Assembly: GCF_009914755.1 (NCBI RefSeq) | Contig: NC_060947.1 | Length of the DNA stretch: 64,000 nt | Direction: 5' to 3' (one strand) | Source of the DNA: the human T2T-CHM13v2.0 reference genome, Homo sapiens | Shown here: one piece after another, positions 29,100 to 50,036 of the stretch | How the letters are laid out: each line of letters opens with the position of its first letter | Position numbering within the stretch: position 1 is the first letter of the stretch | Translations under genes and position numbers: made by a program | Notes under the pieces: generated by a model | Seen by the model: only the letters and a program-made list of their open reading frames with translations | What the model was told of the DNA's origin: nothing | Databases searched by the model: none

Positions 29100-31990
29100 T
29101 AAAACTCGCACGGAAAAAGTATAAATATTATCTTTATTCTATCATCTTTTGGGAAAATAATATAAAGTAAAAAATGAAAGTACCCCCTTTAGTTTCTCCA
29201 ATCACCCCCAGAGGAGTAGGGGTTACTTCTGAAGCATTTTGGTGCATAGATCTCTTGACATTGTCCTATGCTTATAAATCCATGTTTATATATAAATAGA
29301 CATAAATATGTTCTTTTTAAAAAATAAAGTTGCAATGTTAGACATATGTGACAATAATTTATTCTTTCACTTAACAAGTTATCTGGGTGTCTTTACAGGA
29401 TATATAAATCTACTCCTGGCTTTTTAATGGCTGCCTAGTATTCCACTGTGTGGGTATAGTATAGTAAATTGATAGACCCTTAGGTTGTCCACCTCTCCTT
29501 TTCTACCATTAAAAACAAAACTGAGTCCCCTCAAGCTTTGGCTGTCTGGAGCTCCACTGCTCCTAGCAGCCAGCATGGAGGAGTAGAGTAGCCCTTGTCA
29601 TCCTGGGAGGCAGGCTATGCCCATCTCTGGGCCACTCGAATCACAGGAGAAATAAAAAGGCTAAAACAAACATCCTCATATATATCACACATATACCTTT
29701 ATAAATATTTGTGATAATACTTTTATAAAATGGATTATAGATTCCTGGAAATGAAAGTTCATTGTCACAGGGGCATATAGATATACACACATATTAGACA
29801 CTACCTAGCTTCATATGTATATATATACATGCGTGTGTGTCTGTGTGTGTGTGGACATATGTATATATTCTGTTTAACAGTCCATGAATATCCATTCCCT
29901 TTCACACCTACCAGTACTTGATATTATCTAGATTTTAAATTCTTCTTAATCTGGGAAAGTGGTGCATTATTTTAAGTTTTATGTTATTTTCTAGTGGAAG
30001 TGAACATATTTTCATATTTTTTGCCGATTTTTATTATTTTTTAAAGAATCTCGGTATAGTATGCTTCATCCATTTTTTGATTGGTTATTTGCAGAAATTT
30101 TTGTGTAGAAAAATTATTAATCCTTTTTTAGACATGTTACAGATATTTTTCCCAGTTCTTTGCTTGTCCTTTAACTTTGTTTATATGTAGCTTACCATAT
30201 AGTTTCAGTTTTAAAAATTTAACATTTAAAAAAATTTTTAATTATGGATACGTAGTAGTTGTATATATTTATGTGGTACATGTGATGTTTTGATACAAGC
30301 TTACAATGTATAATGATCTAATCAGGGTAATTGGGGTATCCATCACCTCAAGCATTTATTATTTCTTTGTTTTAGGAACATTCCAATTCCACTTTTCTAG
30401 TTACTTTAAAATATAAAATATATTATTTTTAACCATAGTCATCCTATTGTGCTACCAAATACTAGATGTTATTCCTTCTATCTAACTGTATTTTTATACC
30501 CACTAACCATCTCCATTTATCTCCTCCTCCCCACACCCTTCACAACCTTTGACAATCATTATTCCACTCTCCATCTCCATGAGTTCAATTCTTTTTATGT
30601 TTTTTAGCTCCCAGGTATGAGTGAAAACATGCAAAGTTTGTCTTTCTGTGACTGTCTTGTTTCACTTAGCACAATATCCTCCAGTTCCACCCATGTTCCT
30701 GCAAATGACAGAATTTCATCCATTTTTATGGCTGAATAATATTCCATTGTGTATATGTACCACATTTTCTTTATTCATTCACCTGTTGATGGATACTTAG
30801 GTTGATTCCATATCTTGGCTATTATGAAAGTGCTGCAATAAACACGGGATGTTGATATCTGTTTGATCTACTGATTTCCTTTCTTTTGGATATATACCCA
30901 GCAGTGGGATTAATGGATTATACAGCAGTTGTATTTCTAATCCTTTGAGGAACCTCCATACTGTTCTCCATAGGAGTTTTACTAATTTACTTACCCATCA
31001 GCAGTGTATGAGGGTTCCTCTTTCTCCACATCCTCGCCAGCATTTTTTTGTCTTTTTGATAATAGCCATTCTAACTGTCTTTTGGATAAAAGCCGTTTTA
31101 ACTGGGGTGAGATGATATCTCGTTGTGGTTTTGATTTGCGTTTTCCTGATGATTAATGATGTTGAGCATTTTTCACATGCCTGTTGGCCATTTGTATGTC
31201 TTCTTTTGAGAAATGTATATTCAGATCTTTTGCCCATTTTTAGTCAGATTATTTTTTCCTTAATGAGTGGTTTGAGCTCCTTATGTATTCTAGTAACTAA
31301 TCCCTTAATTAATGTGAGATGGTTACCATATAGCTTTAAATCTTTTATGTAGTCATACTGTCAATATTTCACTTTATGGCTTCTGAGTTCAGGCATTTTA
31401 TCTCAGGGTAATAATTCTTTTGTATCTTTTCCCAAAACTCCAGAGTTTTTACATTTAGATCTTTGAGTCACCTGATTTATTTATTTATTTTTGCATAATG
31501 AGTGAAGTAGGTCTCTGTATACATTTTCTTCCATATAGATAGTGAATAACCCCTGCATTTTATTTGTTGAATAATACTTACTTTTCCCGCTGAATTGAAA
31601 TACCAACCTTATTAAGTAGTACGTTCACAGACAGACATGTGTTTGTTTCTAAAATGCTTATTCTATTCCATTGATTGACTAAACTCTTTCTGTGCTGGTT
31701 CCACATTGTTTTCATTAATGAGACTTTAGTACATATGTCCTCTCTTATTATTCTTCTTTTTCAAATATATCTTATTTATAATTACATTAAGAAGAAATTC
31801 AGAATCAATTTGTAAAGTTTGAAATAAATCACCATTGATACTTTGACTGAAATCACATTTTTATAATAATTTGCAAAATATTTACATCCTTGTGATGTTG
31901 TCTTTCTCTCCAGAAACCAAGTATGTCACTCCTTAAATCAGGTCTTATTGTGTGTTATTTGCTAAAATTTGGGTTCCTCTCTCTAAGTCC
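29100..31990 (-). mobile_element. Old L1ME relic interrupted by L1MA and a short unassigned insert
   Basis: Antisense L1 phrases on both sides of the L1MA. Confidence 0.55.
30210..31318 (-). mobile_element. 5'-truncated L1MA
   Basis: L1MA 3'UTR (GGGGTATCCATCACCTCAAGCATTTAT) and ORF2 peptide [27 protein letters not shown] at ~30192 and ~31323. Confidence 0.85.
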
Positions 31991-34934
31991 TTCTCGGTTT
32001 GTTGTTCATCAAGCCTCCACTATAGTGTTTGCACCCATCAAGATAAAATAGATGACATTATTTTATTAACCAGGCATCTGATATGCAGATCAGGGATAGG
32101 GAGAAGGAATGATTACCTCAGGGTTATACAGTGAATTAATGACAGGGCTGGGGCCATGAGGGATGAGAAGGAGAGAGAAGAAGGGAAGACATTTTGAGCA
32201 GAAGATAAATAATCTTTGATAAAGGAACTGTGAGAAACCAACAAAGTTGTTGGAGGGGTAAGAAGTAGAAGGAATGATAAGAGTGAAGAGTTGGGGGATG
32301 GTCGTGCCTAAATCCCCTCTTCTTCTCATAGAACTGAGCTGTCAAAGGGGAAGATAACATGGATAGGGTGCTTAGTTAATACAAAATTATCCTCAGTAGG
32401 TCTGTTATTAAAGGCTCAGAAACTCTGGGTGGGAGCTCAAGTCATTTAGAGACTCTTAAATGTAACCAGATCCTCAATTTCTCAGTGGCAGATAATGGTC
32501 TGGGAAATGAAGATTATTCACAGATGGTTGGTCTAAGTCAGAGATTATTTGGATAATGGATTGTGGCAGCATCTACTAGACAGAATACCCACCTAAGAGC
32601 CAGGATGCTTAAGTCATAATCTTGCCCCTAATAGCAACTCACCAAGGGACCTAGGGCCAATCATGAAATCTCTCTGGGCTTCACCTTTCCCACATGCAAA
32701 ATTGAGATGCTACCTGATCCTGTCTTGTTTACCTAAAAGGGCTTCAAAAGGTTAGAACAAGTGTCACTTGTGAGTAAATGGTGAATGCTGGGAAGGAGAC
32801 AATATGGCCACCTTTACAAGGAGTGTGATATCTCTGAAGAAGTAGCAGTTTAGGCTGCCAGGCCCAGATGAGGACAGAGGGAGCCCAGGGTAGGCATAAA
32901 TAACAGATGGGAAGGAAACTCGAGTACAATATCTACCTGCTTTGGAGCCAGCTGCACGTGAGAACCCTTTAGAATAGGGATACCAAGGAGAAACTCCAGA
33001 ACTGGGGTAGATGGAAGGGATGGAGGGAGGTAAATGTGGAGAACTGCAAGGAAGAAGTGAGAAAGAAAAGCAGTGTAATATTTCTGTACCTGCAGTGTTT
33101 TGAGTCAGGTTAATTGAGAGGAGGAAAGGACAAGTGGAAGTGAGAAGCAACTTTTCAGTTTCCTCAGGATGAGTGAAACAAGCTGGAGACCCCTGCAGGG
33201 GAAGATTCATTTGGAGGATGAGAGCAGCCGCTCAGTTGGAGACAATCCAGTGGGGATCCTGCTTATTAATTTGATTGTAACTGACTCACGAGACCGATTA
33301 ACAGTAATTCACGTCCTGGCAAGTAAGAGGTTTGATGGGAGCTTCAGATTGAGCAGATAAATTTGATTTGTGGTGGAGACTGTATCAGGAGAAAAGGGGC
33401 CAGGGCGGTGGCAGGATGATTCCACTTGGCAGGCCATGGCCAGGGACTCTGTTCATTCTCTGCAGGAACGAAACACTGACCTGATCAGGGGAGCTATTGT
33501 AGACGTATTCGCAGTCATAGGACAAAAATCAGACAACTCTGGGAGCTGGCCTAAGCGTATAAGCATGATCCAAAGAGCTGAAGGACAAGCAGGGCTTCTC
33601 CAGCTAGGGTCAGGCAAGAGTTGAATCTGGGGAGAGGAACACTGCTTCTTTGGAGTACATTTCCTGGGACGTACACATGGAACACATTATGAGCAAAACT
33701 CAGTGAGATGTAGTCTCTATCACTTTCTTTAGGGGATGTTTCATAATGGCAAAGCCCAAGTCAAAAAAAAATCTGTCATTGTTCTGATTTTGGTTTGGAA
33801 ATTGTTTCCACTGCAGGCTTTAGGGAGGGCCAAAGATAGGACATGGGCGTAGCACAAGAAATCACTGGCAGGACAAGGGGTTTGGTGGCTCAGCAGTGCT
33901 ACTGGCAAAGGACATTGGGTATTAACTTTGTCTTGGGAGAGAGGTAGGAGCAGAGGGAAAGGAGAAAAGAAAGAACCAGTGGCTCAGATATCTCTTAGTC
34001 TGTAAGAGAAGGAGAAAGGAGGGAGGAACCAAGGGAAGGCAAACAAAGAGGCTGAATTTTAAGTTTCAGTGGGGTAGAAAAATAACTCAACCAGAAAATG
34101 GGTTAGGGAGGACAGAGAGGTGTTTGGAAGTGCGCTGGGCTGAAGACAGTGGACAAGAAGGCAGGAACTTTCCCTGGTCAAGAAGAGAGCATTTTGCAAG
34201 AATCCACTGAGGAGGAAAGGGTTGGGTGGAGGGGGTGGCAGAGATTGGGAGGAGGGTGTCCAGGGTCCAGTGAAGGGAAAAGAGCCAAGAGAATGAGCTC
34301 AGCAGACCCAGCCTGGATAGAATCAGAATACGGGAGGTGGGAGGTCGCCCCCAGCGAAAGAGCTGGAGCAGAGGGAGGGGGAGGGGGAGGGGAGTGCAGA
34401 GAGTTCAAAGACAGCCTCCAAGGACTCATTCAAATGACACAAACACAAATCACAACTTAGCGTAGGAATATGTACAACAAGTGGGCTAAGAATGCAGGAG
34501 GCCAGAGAGGTAGCCGCTGGGGCCCTGGGAGAAGAGAAAAGAGATGTCTCTTCAGTGTAAGACAAGGCTGAATACAAAGCGGACGGTGTATTGTGGGGGA
34601 GGCCAAGAGGGCCGGGGGCTCTTCACAAGGGGAAGCAGGGAGCAGAGCCAGAAGGGGGAAGCTGGATTTCTCACGCAGTTTGCATTTTCTAGGACCTGTG
34701 AGATGTGGGTTTCAAGGTATACAATTGTGAAGGTGAATTAGGGAGGGAGAAAGCAGCATTGTGACGATGAAAAGCAAGAGAAGCATGAAAGGGGAACATT
34801 ATTTGAGCAAGCCGCACATTTTCCCCAAATGAGGAAGAATTTAGGACTGGAAGGGGACTCCCACTGTATCTATGCTGCAGAGATAGGGTTGAAAGCAACT
34901 GGAGAGTGATCCATCATAGCCAGGAGTCAAAATT

Positions 34935-35102
34935 AGTTGGGATGGCGGGTACAGAGTTTCAGTTTGAGAAGATGAAAAAGCTCTGGAGATGGATGGTGGT
35001 GATGGTTGTATAACAGTGTGAAGTGCTTAATGCCACTGAACTATGCTTATAAATAGTTACAGTTGGTAAATTTTATGTGATGTATATTTTACCACAATAA
35101 AA
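34935..35102 (+). mobile_element. L1MB/ME 3' end
   Basis: GGAGATGGATGGTGGTGATGGTTG...AATGCCACTGAAC...TATTTTACCACAATAAAA. Confidence 0.75.
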
Positions 35103-35741
35103 GGATTAGTCTGTACAAGAGCCCTGCATGTAGGAGCCACTCTATGGAGAGCTGTTGTTACTGACCAAACTAGCTCTGGGAGAGGGGAGATGGCAACCAG
35201 AAACTGAGGACATCTGACCACCAACCAAGGTGCTTGGCAGTGTCATCTGGTGGTCAGATGTGATCTCTGGAGCCAAATGTCTAGGCTTAATCCCAGCTCT
35301 ACCACTTACTTGCTGTATGACCGCCAATAAAAGGCTTTCTTATTTGTAAAACTGGCATAATAATAATCATAGCGCCTACTCAATGAGTTGGAGAAATTGA
35401 ATTAACGCTGGCTATGTCCTGACACAGAGGAAGCACTCAACAAATGCAGGCTTCTGTCACCGTACCCATACTGTCCCCACAATAAGAAGCTCTTAGCTTG
35501 GAAACCAATTTCTGTAAAGTACTATGAACATTGTCTAGGATGAAATATGTATGTACTCAGTAAAATTTAGTTTTCTTTCAGCTTTTTCACTTACAAAGTA
35601 TACCATATTCATTTTCTCACCAGTCATGTCAAGTTAAAGATAACACTTTTCAGTCACCTTATGGGAAGAATAGAAATCAATTATATAATAAGAGGGGGGT
35701 GATCAAAGGGAAGGAAGGCTCTCTCCTCTGTTGAAACTTAG

Positions 35742-35930
35742 AGCAAATTTTCTCTATGAATGGTCCTGGGACCCTGTTCTCCAGAATGACCAGGGTCACT
35801 GACTCAAGGCAAAGACTCCAGGGCCTCTTCAAACCTACAAAACCAGAGTCCCTGAGGTATAGCTTAAGAATTTGCACTGGTGTGCTCCTCATGTGATTAT
35901 TCTGAATGCTCAAGTCTGAGAACAGCTGCT
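35742..35930. mobile_element. MER5-like hAT-Charlie MITE
   Basis: AAGAATTTGCA...GTGATT..TGAATGC..AAGTCTGAGAAC..CTG ending. Confidence 0.5.
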
Positions 35931-36825
35931 TTAGGGCTTGTATTGGTTTTTGCAGCTCTGCATCTCTTGGGAGTGGTCTGTCGTATGCTAGGTCCAGTCT
36001 GTCGTATGCTAGGTCCAATCTGCCTTCTTTCTCTGTAGCCACCATCATTTGATGTCTACACACAGGTTGAGCTTTGTTTCTGATTTGGAAGCCCAGTTTT
36101 GATTTTGATTGGAGGCACATAAATGGAAACCTGTAGTTCTAAATTTTTAAAGACAAGGTTCCTGTTCTTCTAAATCTTCCAGTACCTCCAGCTCTCTCCT
36201 GAGACTGGCCTTTGCCTTATGATGGCCAATCTTCCCTCCAAGGGACCAAAATTATTCTCAAAATGGGGACTGAGTCCTACTAAGCACTGAAACCTGCCTG
36301 TCAGATTTCCCAAGGAGCACCTCCCCCAAGATGCCTTAATTCTGCTCCCCCTCCCCACCACTGAAACATCCTAATACTTCATCTTGCACTTGGGGCCAGT
36401 CACTTGTGTAGACTTCCATCTTCTCTTACTGTTCTCCTTGGCCATGATGGAGATGCATCCCCATCCATCTCAACAGCCAGCACCTGCACCTGTAGCTATT
36501 AAACCCTCAAACAGCTGTCCAGCCCCCAATAGATGGGTCAAGTACTCTGGCAACTCCATGCTGTAGTGTGATGCAGGAGATTATCTTTGCTTTAAAATAT
36601 TTGTTTTACAATATTTCAGAAAAGAGAAAGTAGAGAGGGGAAGATGACATAAGTTTGTCAAAATATTGATGATTGTCAAAGCTGAGTGGTGGATGCATAG
36701 AAGTAAATTATACTCTTCTGTCTCCTTTTGTGTATATTTGTGAGATTTTATTATGACACATGTTAGGTTACTCACCTAGAATTCTGACTTCCTGAATATG
36801 GAGTTTATATGACTGTAAGAAATTT

Positions 36826-37731
36826 GTGCCAGCTTATACTGGCTCATGAGTGCTGACAGTTAAATTTTCAGGAATTTTGTGATCTGGTTGTTAAACATGG
36901 TCATTATTAAAAATTAAATTTTATGAGCTCATAATTAAATCAATTATATTAAAAACAAAGGGAATGAATACTTCAAACTCATTAATATTTATTTCAGTAT
37001 GCTTTCTTATTACATACGACCTTGACGTTATTTACTTCTGTTGTATCTGTGTGATGAAATGCTGTATACATCTCTTCTGAAGCCTATGTTCAGTAACATC
37101 ACATTGGTAGTTTAAAAACAGGCATAGCAGGAATATTTTACACCATGTGAATTGGAAAACTATAAATCAGGACTTGATTCATTGCCTAGACTTAAAGAAA
37201 GAGATTGTGAAAACAATAATTCAGGTGAAATAAAAATGTGTTGTGTCTGTAACCATGACATTTATGCACAAAACATTAAGAAAATATTCTTCCAGAATTT
37301 GAAAACTGTTATTTGGCTCAGCAAAAAAGTCACATCTATCATGGATAAACAAGTGAATTTTTGCCATACATAATGCTGAAGTAGAAACATGTTTCAGTTT
37401 TTGCCATACAAAATGAATGTAATGTGTACAAAGGTGAAATATAGTTTATCTATAATTATATATCAGGTTTAATGACAATAAAGTTATTGAGAAAAGAGTT
37501 AGTAGGCTGGGATGCAGTTATATTTGTCAAATTATGGTTAAATTGAAGCCAGACATTAGCTATGGATACAAGAGCTTAGGAAAAATTAATTAAAGTATTC
37601 TGGGAGAATCAATTAGCCATATGGAATTTATAATAAAGAGTATTGTATATTTTATCAGTATTTGTAACTTGTGTGCTACACATTATTTACCAATAAAAAT
37701 ATTCTATATAAATATACTAGCATACCACTAC
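36826..37731 (+). mobile_element. MER63 (hAT-Blackjack) DNA transposon
   Basis: GTTAAATTTTCAGGAATTTTG...TTATTAAAAATTAAATT...TATTAAAAACAAAGG matches the remembered MER63 consensus; ends CTAGCATACCACTA, resembling the TIR. Confidence 0.75.
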
Positions 37732-38427
37732 TGTGAGAGAGAAAGCATTTCCTGCAGATAAAACCATTGTTAAATAACTCTAGCAAACAAATGCAGAGTA
37801 AATGTTTAAAGACTCAGGATTTATTTTTATTTTAGACTTACTTCTCCAGTTATCTCAATCTTAAAACTCAATTTTTAGGTCACAAAGTCAAACTCTTGTC
37901 TTTATGTATCCTTGTTCTGCTTACTCAATGTAGATTCCATGGAAGTAAGCAGAGAAACATCAGTGCCTCCCAGTTAAAGTAAACTTCCCCTTTGTGACTC
38001 TCTCAATGTCTTCAAAGATGATCAATGAAATATTATGGTCATTTGGTTAAAAAGCAATCAAAGTTGAAACCATTATGAAAATAAGAAACATCCTAGAGAG
38101 GCCAGGCATAGAACAGAGTGGAAACCAGAGTCTAAAGCCTATGACACAGGATGCCAATAGGCCTGCACTGTCACACCCCCAAGTTCCCAATGGACTCAGT
38201 GCCTCAACAGTTTCAATTTAAGTAGCTGATATGTGTGCTATTCCTCCTCTGAGACCACACTGACTCCTGATCTATAAGAAAAAAAAATTGACTTTTAATA
38301 TTCAAATTGGAACTTGCTTGGTTTGAAAAACTATTATTCTGCATTAGTGAATATTAATAAAATGTTGGTCACTGATACAAATACATACCTGCATACATAT
38401 TTATTTTCATATGAAAACCTTAAAATG

Positions 38428-45040
<6,613 letters not shown>

Positions 45041-45129
45041 CCATAAAAAATGTATAAAAATAGAATAATATAATGAATTCCCATATATCCATCACCCAGA
45101 TTTAACACTTAACAATTTTGCCATTTTAA

Positions 45130-45456
<327 letters not shown>

Positions 45457-45844
45457 GGTTTACATTTTTAATATAATAAAGAGCTGGCTATTTACAGGAA
45501 TCTCTTACTAAAGGTTTTTAGAAATGAAAAGGTTCTTCTCCTTCTTCCCTATCACCTCTCTACATGTCCCCATTCTATTCATCCTCAGAGTGTAGCTCCA
45601 CTGACACATCTTGCAGAAAGTCCTCCCTGAGAGCCTTTCCCCACCCCCTCAATAACTATAAAGTCTCCACTTCCTTTGAATTTGCACAATCCATCTTTAT
45701 ACTACTCATATAGCTCTGTGCATTTTCCAGTGATGGGTGTTCTTGTTTCAGCCCCTCTGTTAAGTTGACCCACTCACTTCTGTTTCTATGATAGCCCAAC
45801 CTAAGGCATTATCTCTTTCCAAGTATCTTGTAACCTGTAGCAAG

Positions 45845-46285
45845 TGTATTAGTTTGCTAGGGCTGCTGTAACAAAGTACTGCAAATTGAATCTGGGTGGG
45901 TTAAACAGCAGAAATTTATCATCTCCCAGTTCTGGAGGCTAAAAGTCAGAAATCAAGGTGTTGGCAGGGTTGGTTCCTTCTGAGAGTTGTGAGGTGGAAT
46001 CTGTTCCAGGCTTCTCTCCTACCTTCTATTACCTTCAGAGGTTCCTTGGCTTGTAGATGGCATTCTCCCTGTGTGTTTACATTGTCTCCCTTCTGTAGGT
46101 GCCTGTGTCTAAATTTCCCTCTTTTATAAGGACACTAGGCATATTGGATTAGGGGCCCACCATAATAACCTTATTTTAACTTGACCACTTCTGTAAAAAC
46201 CTTATTTCCAACTAAAGTTACATTCTGAGGTACCAGGGGTTAGGACTTCAACATGTCTTTTCTAGAGATACAAGTCAACCTGTAA
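45845..46285 (-). mobile_element. MLT1 (B/C-like) solo LTR
   Basis: TGTATTAGTTTGCTAGGGCTGCTGTAACAAAGTAC...GGGGTTAGGACTTCAACAT. Confidence 0.85.
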
Positions 46286-46298
46286 GAGTGGGCATCCA

Positions 46299-46635
<337 letters not shown>

Positions 46636-47593
46636 TCATGGATGCAAAAAAGTCTTCTCCTTTGGAGTTACATCCTGAAGTAGTTGCTAGTGAAAATCTA
46701 AAATCACTCTCCTGTCCAAAATCTCCCTTCCAAGTTTCCTCAGACTAGCACACTTCTGTATGTTCCCTTTCTAGAAAAGGGGGTCAAACTACAGTGACAT
46801 GATGACACATTTCTGTTTTCTCTTTTACTTTCTAATTTTGCAATCCTTTAAGCCAAAGCTGTTTAGAGAGACTATATAAAGCATAAACTTTTTGTTTGTG
46901 TTATATAACCCCAAAGAAAATATGATAGTGTATCAGTGATCAAAGGATTTTGTTTTATCCAACACATAAACACCTTTCCCATTTTCTCTTTGGGAACCCA
47001 TTCACTCATTTACTCACTAATTTAACCAATAACTATTGAGCATTTACTATATTCCAAGTTCTAGGTTGGCACTGCAAGTACATTTATGAATAGACACCAT
47101 TATTACCTTCATGGGGCTGAGTTACAATTGGAGGGGCATGCAATTTCTCAAGCCCAATCTACCTCTCAGAAGTTGGCTCCTTCTCCAGAGTTCCCTTCTG
47201 CTGATCTGGCCAGATTTCACAGCATAATTATCAGGCTATCAACATTTGATATTGCCAATGACTTTCAGTCACTAATATCCCGTCTCCCCTCTCTAAAAAA
47301 GTGGCTTTCAAACACTCCTTTCTTTAGGGTCTTGGCCATTTCCTCACTCTTCTTCCAAGGTATTGGATAGTCATCATACTTATCATTTTCTTTCAAACTA
47401 GAGTTCAACTTTCCCTTGAGAGTTTTCTTTAGATTGTTCCTGAACTATTCACTTGCTCTTTAGACCAGTGGCTTTCCAATTTTAGTAGTAGGCAAAACAT
47501 TTTAGTGGTTAGTCTGACAACCCAGGCAAGAGATTAGAGTAGCACAGACTTAAATGTTGGTGACAGAGAACTGGAGAGTAAGTGGTTTATAGA

Positions 47594-47729
47594 AGTAGTT
47601 CACCAACTTTAGTATGTATAAGAATTACTCAGGGAGCAGATTTAACGTGCATATTTTCGGGTTTCACCCTGAGCATTTCTTTTTCAGTAGGAAGACAGTA
47701 GTCCCAGGACCATACTTTGAGAAACACTG
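47594..47729. mobile_element. MER5-like MITE
   Basis: Ends GGACCATACTTTGAGAAACACTG. Confidence 0.55.
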
Positions 47730-49229
47730 AACTAGAGCACAGGGTGCTTGTAGGGAATGCACATTAAGGCCAGGGAGGACAGGGCCAAGTTACTGGGGGC
47801 CTTCAATACCAGAGGTAGTAATCAGGGCCTTGGGCTTTCTGTGCTAAGAGATTAATGGAAAGGCAAGGGAGGCTGGATAGCCCAGGGTAGAAGCATAATA
47901 AGAACTTTGGTCTGGTGGGAGCATTTACCTCATCAAAGAGGAGAGGAGGAACGAACCTGGGGTTGGGGAGACCAGCAAGGGCACTGGTGCAAGAGCCCCA
48001 GGGAAGGTGTGGTGATGAATGAGGGGCTAACCCGGGATACTCTCCATCCAAATGCATTCCTACTGGGTGCACATGGACAGAGTGGAGAGAGTCACTTCCA
48101 AAAACTGAGTCCAGGAAGGAGGAAAAGAAGTTGCTCTTTCCCTTCATGGCATGTGGAATTTTGCTGATGATTTATTGGAATTCTTCCCAAAGCTGGAATG
48201 ACCCAAATAACTCACTGAAGCCATGCGGAAGGGGTCTGATACTGGAGTTGGCTTTAAGAAGTCAACTCTGCAGAGAGTACATGGAGGTAATTTGTAGGGG
48301 TTGGAAAGACAGATAAAGACATTTTCCAAAATTTTATACTGGGAGCAGAATGTATCAGTGCTGAACAGGCTCACAAAACTGGTATAGATCATTCTTCTCA
48401 TTTTACAGATGTAGAGACTGAGATTAGGAGTGGAGAAGTAGTTCATCTGAGGTTGGAAGGAAAAATGTAGAAATCCAGACAGAAATAATATCCTCTTTCA
48501 ATCTTTACCTTTAGGCAGGATAGTGAATCCTCAAGCCTCAGCTCCTGGGCTGACATAATGGCTCAATGTAAGAGAACAGGAGAAAAGATTAGTGCATCTG
48601 TTTATTTCCAGAAAGCTATGGAAATTCTGGCTGTGAATAAAAATATGCAGGGGTTTTGGACCCTTTGTAGACCAATCATGGAACTGGTTTTTAAAAACAA
48701 TATTTTAACATGCAAGTTACTACCTCTCTGCAGCATATTTTTGTCTTCTTTTACACTACTGTCTAGAACATGTTCTAAAAGACAGTCATGCAAACCTTAT
48801 CTTATGTTGGCCACCTTGTCAAGCACAGAAGGAGCAGGAAAACATTGGGCCAAACACTGACCAAACATTTGCCTTGTGGGTACTGTGATCAGCTCTCTAC
48901 TGTTATCAGGAATCAGAGCAAACACTTGCATTAAGTCAATTGTTGAAAAGCAAAGAAACACTTCTATGGATATCAGGTGCATCTTTTGGGACTTGAACAT
49001 CTCTCAGGTGGGCCACCTGCACAAAGTTGAAGATGATCCTGCACCATGTTACCTCTGGGAAAATGTATTCCCTATAACCGGCAAGGGGTTAGTCGTATCA
49101 CTTGATAATTACAGTGAACTTCATCAATAAATGTTTAATACATGTATTTTACAGCATGTGTATTGTCCAACCACTACACTTGAGAGGATGGTTACAGGAC
49201 TCACAACATGTAGTACGAGGGCAACATCG

Positions 49230-49470
49230 GAAGCCTCCAGAAAACAGATTTGGGCTCAATATAAGGAACAACTTGCTAACTTTTAGATTTGTCAAATAAG
49301 TAGGATAATTGTCCTCAGGATTAGTGAGTTCCTTTCCTCTGGATGTGGTGAGCCAGAGGTTGGCCATGCCTTGGTGGGAATGTGGCAGTGATGTCCCTCA
49401 GGCATCAGAGGGGTGTAGCTACTGTGGAATTCCCTGAAGGTCCTTTCCAGTCTTGCAATTATATCAATCC
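49230..49470 (+). mobile_element. L3/CR1 3' relic
   Basis: AGATTTGGGCTCAATATAAGGAACAACTT...GTGAGTTCC...AGCCAGAGGTTGG...GGTCCTTTCCAGTC. Confidence 0.6.
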
Positions 49471-50036
49471 ATGAACTGGTGACAGATCACCTAAATGCTC
49501 CTAACCTTGAGAGCCTTAAAACTGTTCTCTCACTTCTCATCTTCATGATACACTTCTAAACTTAGTAAATCCTACAGAATATTAAGGAGTGACTCAGAAT
49601 CTTAACTTCCACCCAAAGATCAATTATACATGTCTGATTTCTTGAGGTGAAAGAAGGAAGTCTACTCCCATGAAAGGAACTATTTACAAATAAAATATGG
49701 CTCTTGAAAACTTGAAAATAAATTATTGAGAATTCACTTTATCTCAAACTTACCTTGTCAAGTTTGAACACCTTGCCTACAGAATTTGATAAAATCTGCC
49801 TGCCCCACAAGTGTACAACTGATAAGCTGTAATACATTTGAGCACTGAATTTTTCAGGAACATATCTCCCCTCATTTCCAATCCCTTAAGGCCATCACGT
49901 TTGGCAAGCACATTGAAGACTGAGTATAAAGTTTGTTTTTTATTAAATAGAACATTGTTGGCATTTTCTTCCAAGATAAAATGGCTACATAACTAGATAT
50001 GTCAACTAACAAAGATGGAGATAACAGAACACAGGG

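Noticed and set aside
33169-33624. Two same-frame plus-strand ORFs read as a disrupted gene
   Set aside because: They are separated by two stops, show no recognisable domain, and their length is within chance expectation.
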